The notes under the pieces are model-generated. The model had not been told where the DNA came from. It searched no databases and saw only the letters and a list, made by a program, of their open reading frames with translations. From an uncultured bacterium (lineage in GTDB: Bacteria; CSSED10-310; CAZUFC01), in contig CAZUFC010000121.1 in NCBI GenBank assembly GCA_964619725.1, positions 1-24,311 on the forward strand: a DNA stretch of 24,311 nt. Reading direction: 5' to 3'. The translations under genes and the position numbers were made by a program. Below are positions 8,821 through 17,558 of the stretch, piece after piece (the stretch's first letter is position 1; each line of letters starts with the position of its first letter).

Positions 8821-10095
8821 ATGCAGGCATTTCGAAATTTTGGAATTATAAAGATCGGAATTTTCACAGCGGCGATGTTCATTTGGATTCTGTCCGGCAA
8901 TATTATCGCTGACCCCAGGCCCTGGGACACTGAATACGGTCATTTTCCGCAATTTCCGCATGGACCGACGGAGTCTTCAGCCCATCCTGCGATTCCGTTT
9001 TCAGCGGTCAGGATACCCATGTCGAAGACGACGACTCATGATTCAACGGCCAAAAATCATCAGCGTTGCACGTCAGCGGACAGAAGCGGGAATCTGAGGA
9101 CGGTTTATCATACTGAGGCTGATCAGGGTTATGAGATAGTGCATTTGACGTTCAATCCGAGGACTAAACTGCAGGAAGAGACTTATCTGGGTCAGGGAAT
9201 GTTTCCGTCATTGTATGTTGATTCTGACGATATTTCGCATGTAACGTGGCTTGATCGCGGAGCAGTCTATTATTGCAGTTTTATAAGGAATTTAATAACG
9301 CCGCCCAGGAAGGTAAATACGTTCAACGATAATTGTGAAGCACCCGGGGTGGTTGTTGATTTCGAGGGCAACGTCTGGGCGGTATGGTCTCAGCGTGATC
9401 CTTACGGAACGGGGAATTGCCGGATATATCTTTCCGACCTGCATAATAGAGTCATTCGTCCGATTTCTCCCGTAACGCAGGATGCGCATGAACCTTCGCC
9501 GGCTTTGGGTTCAGGCGGATTACCTTGCGTGGCCTGGAGGGACAGGAATACCGAAGAGATTTATTTTACCCGGATGATCAGTCCTGACAGTTATACGTGG
9601 AGCGTTCCTCAATGCCTCGTTTCGGACTTCACGGCGACGGAAAGTCCCTGTCTTCATGCCCGAGGGGGGAATTATTGTCTGGTTTTCTGCGGCTCCGACA
9701 ATCTTTTTCAGGAGATCAACCGTATATATTACGTTGAATCGACCGGAGGAAACACGTGGAGCGAACCTTTAAGGATCAGTCATCCCATGCAGGACCTGGA
9801 CGACAGCATATTAGGGCATCCGACGGTTTTCAGCTATATGCGCAACAATGAATGGTATTTATTGGCCGCCTGGATGGATGCTTACGGCGAAACCGAATCA
9901 GCCGTTTTTTCCGCCAGGAAAAGTTTAACGAACGATGAATGGGAATATCTGGGGCCTGTTTCCTCAACTGACCCTCCCGTTGCTTCTTATTATCCCAGTT
10001 CTCCCTGGACAGCCTCTTTCTACCTGGTATGGACTCAGGAAACATCCGGTGGAAGAGACTATCGGCTGATAGAGTTTGAATTTGAAGATGAATAG
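8821..10095 (+). CDS. Secreted hypothetical protein with beta-propeller/BNR-like repeats
   Basis: AGAGGTG before ATG 8821; hydrophobic signal-like segment; recurring blade-like units (PSLYVDSDDISHVTW, PGVVVDFEGNVWAVW, PALGSGGLPCVAW); Asp-box-like STGGNTWSEP. The TTG start at 8641 is less likely. Confidence 0.7.
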   Translation: MQAFRNFGIIKIGIFTAAMFIWILSGNIIADPRPWDTEYGHFPQFPHGPTESSAHPAIPFSAVRIPMSKTTTHDSTAKNHQRCTSADRSGNLRTVYHTEADQGYEIVHLTFNPRTKLQEETYLGQGMFPSLYVDSDDISHVTWLDRGAVYYCSFIRNLITPPRKVNTFNDNCEAPGVVVDFEGNVWAVWSQRDPYGTGNCRIYLSDLHNRVIRPISPVTQDAHEPSPALGSGGLPCVAWRDRNTEEIYFTRMISPDSYTWSVPQCLVSDFTATESPCLHARGGNYCLVFCGSDNLFQEINRIYYVESTGGNTWSEPLRISHPMQDLDDSILGHPTVFSYMRNNEWYLLAAWMDAYGETESAVFSARKSLTNDEWEYLGPVSSTDPPVASYYPSSPWTASFYLVWTQETSGGRDYRLIEFEFEDE

Positions 10096-10124
10096 CCGCA
10101 GCAAGTTTCACCCTGGGGATAAAA

Positions 10125-10375
10125 TAAAAAAGTCATTAGGTTTAAAGGAAAAAAAATTTGTATATGTATTCGTTGTCGTGATCGTAATCGTTGTGTCGTC
10201 GAATCTAAAATTGACGTCCTTCAGACGACATTGAATGTAAAAGTCATTTCACACGATACTCCAATAAGGACAACCCCTTCGCTGACAACGACCACGATTC
10301 ATCAGCCGACATATTGAGAAGTAATGAAGTAAAGCTTATCCTAATACGTTTTCCGCAAGCGAGTGGACTTTTTTA
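10125..10375. repeat. Nested inverted-repeat element between convergent genes
   Basis: TAAAAAAGTC (10125) / GACTTTTTTA (10366); ATTAGG / CCTAAT; ATATGT / ACATAT; TCGTnn hexamers at 10170-10193 against GACAACGACCACGATT at 10284-10299. Confidence 0.55.
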
Positions 10376-10485
10376 CTTGAATTTTTTCAATCGGCCGTTG
10401 TTTTTTCATCAAACATTTCACAATTTTTTATAACTCATTGTAAGGAGATGTGAAATTAAGAGAACCAGCCGAATAGGACAATCCG

Positions 10486-12237
10486 TCACTTCATCGCAGA
10501 AGCATCGATTTCAAATTTTTTCATCCGGTATCGCAATGCTCCCTCGGTGAAGCCCAGTGATCTGGCGGCTCTGCTTATGTTGCCTTTATACAACTTGAGT
10601 CGCTTTAACAGTATCTCCTTTTCCAGATCATCCATCGGTTTTTCCACAGGAGCGGCAGAAAAAAGTTCTCTGGGAAAAAGTTCCTCGGTCAGTTCATTGT
10701 CGTCCGTCATAATGACGGCGCGTCTGATGTAACTTTTCAGTTCTCTGACGTTCCCTGGCCAGGAATAGCGCTGGAAAGCCTCGAATACTTTTTGGTCGAT
10801 GCCTTGAATGTGCTTATCGTACCTTTCGTTGAATTCATCGATAAAATGTTTGATTAAAAGAGGAATGTCTTCTTTACGTTTGCGAAGGGGGGGAAGATGT
10901 ATGACGAAATGACTTAATCGATAATACAGGTCTTTTCGGAACGCCCTTTTTTCGACCAGTTTCGGCAGGTCCTTGTATGTGGCGACGACTACCATGACAT
11001 TTACGGGTGAAAATTCGCGACTGCCCACGGGCCGGTACTTGCGTTCTTCCAGAAAACGGGGCAGGCGCGCCTGCAATTCCTGTCCGGCGCTGCCTATTTC
11101 ATCTAAAAACAGAGTTCCTCCCGCCGCCCATTCCACCAATCCTTTTTTTCCTTCAACGCCCGTGGCCGTTTTTTCTTTGATGCCGAACAGTTCGCTTTCG
11201 GCCAGGGACCCCGTAATAGCGCCGCAATCCACCGCCACGAAACGATTATTCTTGAGTATGTCATTCCCGTAATGGATGGCTGCCGCAGCCAGTTCCTTAC
11301 CTGTTCCCGATTCCCCTTGAATCAGGACTGAAAGATCATACACCTCCTTCAATTCCATCAACTTCGTCATCATTCGCTTTACTTTCAATATCCCAGGACT
11401 CACGCCGACGATATTTTCCAGTTTGCTCTTATCCTTGATCTCCTCCAGCATTGAAAAATTCTGCTGCTCGAGGAACATTATTTTCCCCGCTTTTTCTGTG
11501 TTTTCACGGTTCAATTTTTCGATAAGCCGTGATTTTTCAATAGCAGCAGAAGCCAGATTCCGTATCGTCATCACCAGTTCTATGTCTTTCTCGCTGAATC
11601 CTTCCATAGCACGGCGATGATCCAGGTACATCGTTCCCACTATTTCATCTCTGACCAGGAGCGGTAAACATACGAACGAAACGATATTATAATCAATTAC
11701 GCTTTTATATTGGGAAAAACGGGGGTCCGAACGGGCATCGGAGGAAAAAATAATCGTTTTTTCCCTGGCCGCTTTATTGATTATCCTAATGCTGTATCGT
11801 TTAACGTCCGATATTGTCGCCGGCTCAAGCTCTGATACCGAAACTTCAATCTTGAAATCTTTCGCGCGGTCGTCCCACAAAAGTATTATGCCGCGTTCGG
11901 CCATGACCGTCTCTATGGTCAGACTAAGCAAACGATCCAGTATTTCTCGCAAAGATATATATGAGTTCAATTCCGAAGTTATTCGCAACAGTACGCTCGA
12001 CCTTTCGTCCGAAGCGACGGCATTCGAAGTTGAACCTCCATTTTCCGCTTCGGCCTGTTTTCGGTACAGTTCCGAGAGACCCCAAAAGCATTCAGACTTT
12101 TTTTCTTTGTCACCGAGCGTTTTGTATAACTCCAGCGCTTCCTGAAAATTCTCCCTGGCTTCGTTCAGCAGGTTTTCCTTAAGATTGAGTTTTCCCATTT
12201 CCAGCAGGGTGGCGGCAAGTTCGGGATCGGCTTTCAT
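10486..12237 (-). CDS. NtrC/Fis-family (sigma54-interaction domain) transcriptional regulator: TPR, GAF, AAA+, Fis HTH
   Basis: N-terminal TPR (EARENFQEALELYKTLGD); GAF (ARSDPRF...SFVCLPL...VGTMYLD); GESGTGKE, ESELFG, TLFLDEIG, FRKDLYYRL, WPGNVREL; HTH GNISRAARSLGF..ALRYRMKK. GGAG upstream of the ATG. Confidence 0.92.
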   Translation of the reverse strand: MKADPELAATLLEMGKLNLKENLLNEARENFQEALELYKTLGDKEKKSECFWGLSELYRKQAEAENGGSTSNAVASDERSSVLLRITSELNSYISLREILDRLLSLTIETVMAERGIILLWDDRAKDFKIEVSVSELEPATISDVKRYSIRIINKAAREKTIIFSSDARSDPRFSQYKSVIDYNIVSFVCLPLLVRDEIVGTMYLDHRRAMEGFSEKDIELVMTIRNLASAAIEKSRLIEKLNRENTEKAGKIMFLEQQNFSMLEEIKDKSKLENIVGVSPGILKVKRMMTKLMELKEVYDLSVLIQGESGTGKELAAAAIHYGNDILKNNRFVAVDCGAITGSLAESELFGIKEKTATGVEGKKGLVEWAAGGTLFLDEIGSAGQELQARLPRFLEERKYRPVGSREFSPVNVMVVVATYKDLPKLVEKRAFRKDLYYRLSHFVIHLPPLRKRKEDIPLLIKHFIDEFNERYDKHIQGIDQKVFEAFQRYSWPGNVRELKSYIRRAVIMTDDNELTEELFPRELFSAAPVEKPMDDLEKEILLKRLKLYKGNISRAARSLGFTEGALRYRMKKFEIDASAMK

Positions 12238-12274
12238 TGAAATTTCTCCGGGTGTTTCACAATTTAACTTTCCA

Positions 12275-15200
12275 TCAGTGAGTACGATTAAAATTCTCCT
12301 TTATATTATACAGGGATGAAGCATCATTCGACAACAATTCTTTGGAGCGGTTCAGATACGTTCGGGCTTTGTCGGCCCTGCCGAGCTTCACCGCCAGTTG
12401 AGCCAGCAATCTATAATTACGAGCCATAAGCGCAGGATCATCCAACCTGGCAAAAAATTCGCCCGCTGTTCTGTAATGATTCGTAGCCTGTTTGAATTCC
12501 TGCTTTCTCTTTTGAATATCTCCAAGATATTGATGAAGCAGACCCAGGCTCCTCAGGCAATCCTGGTTCGCGAATGAATTCACTGCCTTTTCAAAATATG
12601 ATTCTGCGCTATGATCATCATTCAGCTCCATATACGTCCTGCCGATTAAAAAGCATGCTTCGGCCAGTTCATAGTTATCGCCGGATTCAGCCAGAAGCTC
12701 CAGGCTCTTTCTGCAAAAAAGGTCGCCTTTCTTCATATTTTTTTTTCGTAACCAGGCCGCTCCCATAAGATACAAAATTCGTCCCGTCGCGCGGCGGTTT
12801 TTTATTTTTGATGCAGCCTTCATAGCTTTGAGTGCATGAGTCAGACATTCATCATTTTCAGCCCTTTCAAGGAGTAATCGACTCATATATTTTTCAGTTT
12901 CGGCAATATCCGCGTAACTTTCATTTTTTATCATAAATTCCGAAGCAGGTTGCAGGCAGTTCAAAGCATCCTCCAGGCATCCCTTCTTGATATGAACGAC
13001 AGCCATATAACTCATTATCCTATATTTGTCCGTATCATTTTCCGAATTACCGGAGGAATCCAGGCATTCCTGGAAGCAGGTCAGCGCCTGGTCCAGAAAC
13101 CCCTGTTTTTCAAGCCCCTGCGCCTTCAGCAACAGAAATTCCGCTTTGGCGCGAGGGCTGCGCAATCTACCGGCCAGATTGAGTCCGAATTCGGCCTTTT
13201 CAATGGATTTTTCGAAACAACCTTTGCGGCCGTATATGCAGGCGATGTTGTACAGAGCCTGGTATTCTCTCTGGGGATCAGATAACTTTACGGCCAGGGC
13301 ATAACATTGCTGATATGTCGACAGCGCCGCATCCAGGCGGTCCTGGAGAAACTCCAGCATACCCTGCCGGCTGAGGAAAAAAAGGCGATGCGCAGGATTG
13401 GATGTTTTTTTCATGTTTAACGCATACGATTTAAGATAATATTTGGCTTTTTTCGTATCGCCGTAATGCAGCGAGAGTCCGATCAGATTGTGACAGGTTT
13501 CCAGCAATCCGTTGGTAAACCCGGTTTTTTGCGCCAGATCAGAAGCTTTTGTAAAAAAGGATGCTGCTTCCTGATGTCTGCCGGTTTGCCTGTAAATCCA
13601 GCCGATACGATTTAAAATGCGCACGAGTTGCGGGCAGTCAGCGCACTCCTTCAATGTGTTGAAAGCTTTTTCGGCCGCGAGCAGGGCCTGTCTCCAATCC
13701 CCTTTCCTGGACCGGCACATGCTGATTTTCCACAGCAGTTCAGCTTTTCTGAATTTGTCTGTAGTATTCTTTTCACATTCCAGATAAAAAGCTAAGGCGC
13801 TGTCCGGAAGCGCTTTCAAACGATATATATCACCCATCAGTTCCTTGAGTTCCAGTTTTTCCCTTTTCGGACCGGCTTTTGACGGGTCCATTTTTAAAAC
13901 AGAGTCCAGGAGTGAGATAGCTTCGCTGTAATCACGTCTTTTCAGCGACATTTTTCCGGCATTTTTGGCGTAAAGGATCGCTTTATGAGTTATGCCGGCT
14001 TTCATGAACTTTTCCGCAATTTCAAGAATTCCGGGCCACTGTTTATAGGTTTCGTTATTTTCAAGGACTTCTGCAACTGTTTGGCAGACGGCGCTCAGAC
14101 GGTTTTCGGGAATACGACGGGAAATAAATACCTTCAGAAACGGATCAGGAATTCGATACTCGGAATATGATTCGTCGTACCGGAAAAAGCCTGCCCTGAT
14201 AAGTTCACCTGCGACCTCCTTTACTTTTTGGGGAGTCCAGCCAAGTATTTTTTGCAGAAGGCTTTTATGAATTCCTTCGAGCATGCAGGACGCATAATTC
14301 AGCATTTCTCGCGCTGCATCGCTGAGATTCAGGATAAATTTGTCGGAAAAAGCGTCAGAAGAGTCGACAAGGTTAAAAATCAAATCTTCATAAGAATCTT
14401 CTGTTCCGGTTTTAATATCTTGCTCCTGTTCGTGCAGGCGTTTCTCGATCAGCAGTCGGATAAGATAAGGGTTTCCGCAACTGGATCCTGCGACGGAATC
14501 GATGAAAGTAATCGGCATTTCTTTGCGACAGAGTATTCTTATGAGCGACAGGATCGATTTCCGATTTAATCCGGTCAGCGTGATCCAGCGACAGTATTCA
14601 CTGTTTATCAACTTCTTAAAGAAATCGCCGGATGCTGTTTTTTGGGAGCTTCTCGTCGTGGAAGATCGGGAAAAGCAGAGAAGAACCGGGAAGTTTCTTA
14701 TATGATCGGCTATGCCGGCTATTAAATGAAAGAAATCAGCATCGAGATTCTCAGCTTGATCGAAAAGAATTACAAGCGGTTTCTTCCTGGCTGCGTTTTC
14801 GATGATTCGGCATATTGACTTTTTGAGCCGCAAGTCATGGGACAATTTGATCGGGTTCCAGCTTTCCATGGTTTCAGTCGGTTCAGGAAGTTTCTGCTGT
14901 GAGTTCATAATTTCAGAATATTCATGAAACGCGTCATGAACTTCAGCGGATTCTCCGTCGTCAGGATATGCTTCAGTCAGTATCTGCAGCACAGAATGGA
15001 AAGTAGGTTCAGTCGTCGACAGGGTAAGACCTTTTCTGATCAGAAATGCCTGGCCTCCATTCAGTTGAGCCCGGTTTTTGAATTCTTCGATAAGCCTGGT
15101 TTTTCCAGAGCCCGTATCGCCTTGAATTACGACGCTTGAACTTTGGCCGTCTTTGCTCTTGCGAAAAAGTGCAACGAGATAATTTATCGCCTGCTCCATG

Positions 15201-16093
15201 CCGACAAAGGGATCGCCTTCAACCGGTCGGTGATCATGCTGGAGGAGATCAATGCCGCAATCTTCCAGGCAGGTTTCACAGATGACGGTTTTTACTTCTG
15301 TTGCATCAGGTCTCTTTCCGGGCGTCTTTTGCAAAAGTCGTGCGATTAAATATCGAAGAGAATCATTCATTCTCCCTTTTTCATCCTTCAAAAGCGGGGG
15401 GCTGGTTTCAGAGTGGAGCCTCATCAGTTCGACCGGAGTTTCAGCCTGAAAAGGAAGGCAGCCGGAGAGAAGCTCGTAAAAAAGGACTCCAAAGGCATAC
15501 CAGTCTCCGGCAGGCAAAGATATACCCGTTTGAATGTGCTCTGGAGCCATATAATGAAAAGTGCCCAGTACACCCTTGTCCGAGACGGTTCCCGTTGTTC
15601 TGGCTGAACCGAAATCGATCAGCGTGGGTTCTGCGTTCGATTGATCCCGGGAGTTTTTACTTTCTGTCGTGATGAGAATATTGGAAGGTTTGACGTCTCC
15701 GTGGACTATATCGAGCGAATGAATATATTCTAACACGCCGGCAAGTCGATACATGATTTTCAGTATGTGACTTATTTTTTTACCTTTCGCCCAGCTTTTT
15801 AGTTCGTCTCCTCTGATAAGTTCCTGGGTGAAAAAAGGACCTATGCATGATTCATGATAATAGTCGAGCGCTTTGACGATGTTAGGGAGCCTGAGTTTGC
15901 TGAGTATTTTAAACTCATGCGCCGGCGCCGGCGAATCTGCGTGTTCGTCGTCGGAAACCAGGGGACATTTCAGTAGAACTTCCCGATTAAGCAAAAAATC
16001 GGTCGCACGGTAGGCAACTCCCAGTCCTCCTTCGTTAAGGCGTTCTTTCAGCGCATATCGTCCGCATATTATTTTTTCGGCGTCATCTTTCAT
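12275..16093 (-). CDS. Hanks-type Ser/Thr protein kinase fused to an AAA_16/STAND-like P-loop ATPase and a long TPR array
   Basis: GGLGVAY, VLLK, VHGDVKPSNIL, DFG, GTFHYMAPE, DWYAFG; then PFVG..., Walker A GDTGSGKT, GNPYLI; multiple TPRs in the C-terminal half. Confidence 0.92.
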   Translation of the reverse strand: MKDDAEKIICGRYALKERLNEGGLGVAYRATDFLLNREVLLKCPLVSDDEHADSPAPAHEFKILSKLRLPNIVKALDYYHESCIGPFFTQELIRGDELKSWAKGKKISHILKIMYRLAGVLEYIHSLDIVHGDVKPSNILITTESKNSRDQSNAEPTLIDFGSARTTGTVSDKGVLGTFHYMAPEHIQTGISLPAGDWYAFGVLFYELLSGCLPFQAETPVELMRLHSETSPPLLKDEKGRMNDSLRYLIARLLQKTPGKRPDATEVKTVICETCLEDCGIDLLQHDHRPVEGDPFVGMEQAINYLVALFRKSKDGQSSSVVIQGDTGSGKTRLIEEFKNRAQLNGGQAFLIRKGLTLSTTEPTFHSVLQILTEAYPDDGESAEVHDAFHEYSEIMNSQQKLPEPTETMESWNPIKLSHDLRLKKSICRIIENAARKKPLVILFDQAENLDADFFHLIAGIADHIRNFPVLLCFSRSSTTRSSQKTASGDFFKKLINSEYCRWITLTGLNRKSILSLIRILCRKEMPITFIDSVAGSSCGNPYLIRLLIEKRLHEQEQDIKTGTEDSYEDLIFNLVDSSDAFSDKFILNLSDAAREMLNYASCMLEGIHKSLLQKILGWTPQKVKEVAGELIRAGFFRYDESYSEYRIPDPFLKVFISRRIPENRLSAVCQTVAEVLENNETYKQWPGILEIAEKFMKAGITHKAILYAKNAGKMSLKRRDYSEAISLLDSVLKMDPSKAGPKREKLELKELMGDIYRLKALPDSALAFYLECEKNTTDKFRKAELLWKISMCRSRKGDWRQALLAAEKAFNTLKECADCPQLVRILNRIGWIYRQTGRHQEAASFFTKASDLAQKTGFTNGLLETCHNLIGLSLHYGDTKKAKYYLKSYALNMKKTSNPAHRLFFLSRQGMLEFLQDRLDAALSTYQQCYALAVKLSDPQREYQALYNIACIYGRKGCFEKSIEKAEFGLNLAGRLRSPRAKAEFLLLKAQGLEKQGFLDQALTCFQECLDSSGNSENDTDKYRIMSYMAVVHIKKGCLEDALNCLQPASEFMIKNESYADIAETEKYMSRLLLERAENDECLTHALKAMKAASKIKNRRATGRILYLMGAAWLRKKNMKKGDLFCRKSLELLAESGDNYELAEACFLIGRTYMELNDDHSAESYFEKAVNSFANQDCLRSLGLLHQYLGDIQKRKQEFKQATNHYRTAGEFFARLDDPALMARNYRLLAQLAVKLGRADKARTYLNRSKELLSNDASSLYNIKENFNRTH

Positions 16094-16133
16094 TAAGGCT
16101 AATGTCCCGCTTTTGTGGTCGATTCCGGCATCT

Positions 16134-16162
16134 ATTATAAATTAAAGCCCGCTTTCAGACAA
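16134..16162 (-). promoter_or_regulatory. Putative sigma70 promoter of the kinase gene
   Basis: Minus strand TTGTCT-17 nt-TATAAT, with the -10 lying 40 nt upstream of the ATG. Confidence 0.5.
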
Positions 16163-16236
16163 TACTGCGAATTTCGCATAATATCCCGGACTATATTCCC
16201 GTCGCACTGCAGACGAAGAGCCGGGTACGGCTTATG

Positions 16237-16264
16237 TTGACATGTCAACGTCATTGTGCAGAAT
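16237..16264 (+). promoter_or_regulatory. Putative sigma70 promoter of the rhomboid gene, with its -35 inside a 14-bp palindrome
   Basis: TTGACA-16 nt-CAGAAT; palindrome GTTGACATGTCAAC at 16236-16249. Confidence 0.4.
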
Positions 16265-16348
16265 GAAACAGTAACATTCGGCGTCGCTGATGACATCGCC
16301 GGTGTTTTTGAAACTCGTTCGGCATAGGGCCGGTTAAGGATTATTCAT

Positions 16349-17278
16349 ATGAGACGCATTGGAACCCTGGATAATGAGAAGTCGGCGCAGAAATTTTGTG
16401 ATTATCTGACGACGCGTGATATCGAAAACAAAATTGAACGGGAGAATGAGAACAACTGGGACGTATGGGTGTACGATGAAGACAAGGTGGAAGCGGCCAG
16501 GGAAATGCTGGAGGAATTTATATCAAATCCGGACGATCCTGAATATGAAACGCTGGCGCGAGAGGCGAAACGCGTACGGAAAAATCAGGAGAAGGAGAGA
16601 AAACCAAGGTCTCAGTATATTGATGTAAGAACCCAGGTTTTTTACAGGGGATTGAATCCGCAGGGAGGACTGACGCTTGTTCTGATCGGGATAAGCGTAG
16701 CGGTCAGTTTATTATCGAGGTTCGGGGCTGACAGAAGTCTGATATCTTTCCTGTTTATTACGGAAATGACGCGCGAAGGCGCTTTTATCACCTGGATTGG
16801 CGGATTGCCTGAAATTATGAACGGGCAAGTCTGGAGAATTTTTACGCCCATATTTATTCATTTCGGCCTGCTCCATCTGCTTTTCAATATGTTGTGGCTG
16901 AACGACCTGGGCAATATGATCGAAAACAGGAAAGGACGTTCGTTTTTCATCATTCAGTTGCTGGCGATAGCCGGTGTATCGAACCTGGCTCAATACTGGG
17001 TATCCGGACCGAGTTTCGGCGGAATGTCGGGAGTCATTTACGGCTTCCTGGGTTATGCCTGGATGAAAGGCAAGTATGATCCGATATCTCACATCAGCGT
17101 GGACAAAAGAACAATGACCATGATGCTGATATGGTATGTGCTCTGTTTCACCGGTATCGTCGGCGATATAGCCAATACCGCTCATACTGCAGGATTAGTC
17201 CTGGGGACGGCCTGGGGATTCCTGACCACCAATAAACCGCGGCAAATGTTGAGGAACTGGAAACGTAAGACCCAATAA
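16349..17278 (+). CDS. glpG: Rhomboid family intramembrane serine protease with a GlpG-type N-terminal cytoplasmic domain
   Basis: WRIFTPIFIHFGLLHLLFNM, catalytic GMSG and AHTAGLVLG. The N-terminus (AQKFCDYL...DVWV.DE...FISNPDDPEY) closely resembles the E. coli GlpG N-domain. AAGGA upstream. Confidence 0.92.
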   Translation: MRRIGTLDNEKSAQKFCDYLTTRDIENKIERENENNWDVWVYDEDKVEAAREMLEEFISNPDDPEYETLAREAKRVRKNQEKERKPRSQYIDVRTQVFYRGLNPQGGLTLVLIGISVAVSLLSRFGADRSLISFLFITEMTREGAFITWIGGLPEIMNGQVWRIFTPIFIHFGLLHLLFNMLWLNDLGNMIENRKGRSFFIIQLLAIAGVSNLAQYWVSGPSFGGMSGVIYGFLGYAWMKGKYDPISHISVDKRTMTMMLIWYVLCFTGIVGDIANTAHTAGLVLGTAWGFLTTNKPRQMLRNWKRKTQ

Positions 17279-17285
17279 AAAATTT

Positions 17286-17458
17286 GGCATTGGTCAAAAA
17301 GCGTCTTTTGAGGCTACAATTCGAAAGAATATCTCATCATTTTGTTTCGATTGCGATTGCGACCCCGACCCGGATATCGACCCCGATACTGAACCCGATT
17401 ACTGAAACAAACTGTAAAAAGTTTTGCAAGAAGTGTAACCCCGGTCTGATCAGTCCCC
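17286..17458 (-). repeat. Dispersed intergenic repeat family A, copy 2 (short subtype, inverted relative to copy 1)
   Basis: Reverse complement reads GGGGACTGATCAGACCGGGGTTACACTTCTT...TTGTAGCCTCAAAAGACGCTTTTTGACCAATGCC. About nine CGAnnn hexamers at 17348-17401. ATTT flanks both sides. Confidence 0.85.
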
Positions 17459-17558
17459 ATTTTTCCAATAAGAATCACGGCATATTTCGCTATCGCTTGA
17501 ACTGAAGGTCTAAATAAGATACAAGAGATTGAGGATTCTGATCAGAAGGAGATTTGCC

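Noticed and set aside
12237-12303. Programmed frameshift, read-through or pseudogene joining the kinase and regulator genes
   Set aside because: The downstream frame is open back to 12300, but the frames differ, in-frame read-through meets another TGA within five codons, no clear slippery site is seen, and the downstream ATG has its own GGAG. An assembly indel cannot be fully excluded.
16349-17278. Rhomboid as a dedicated rhombosortase for the C-terminal tails
   Set aside because: It has the GlpG-type N-domain, and the tails lack the GlyGly-CTERM motif. No evidence beyond being in the same window.
17284-17505. 73-aa ORF between glpG and the transglutaminase-like gene
   Set aside because: It is a translation of repeat copy 2 (the hexamers give IAIATPTR) with a TTG start and no ribosome-binding site.
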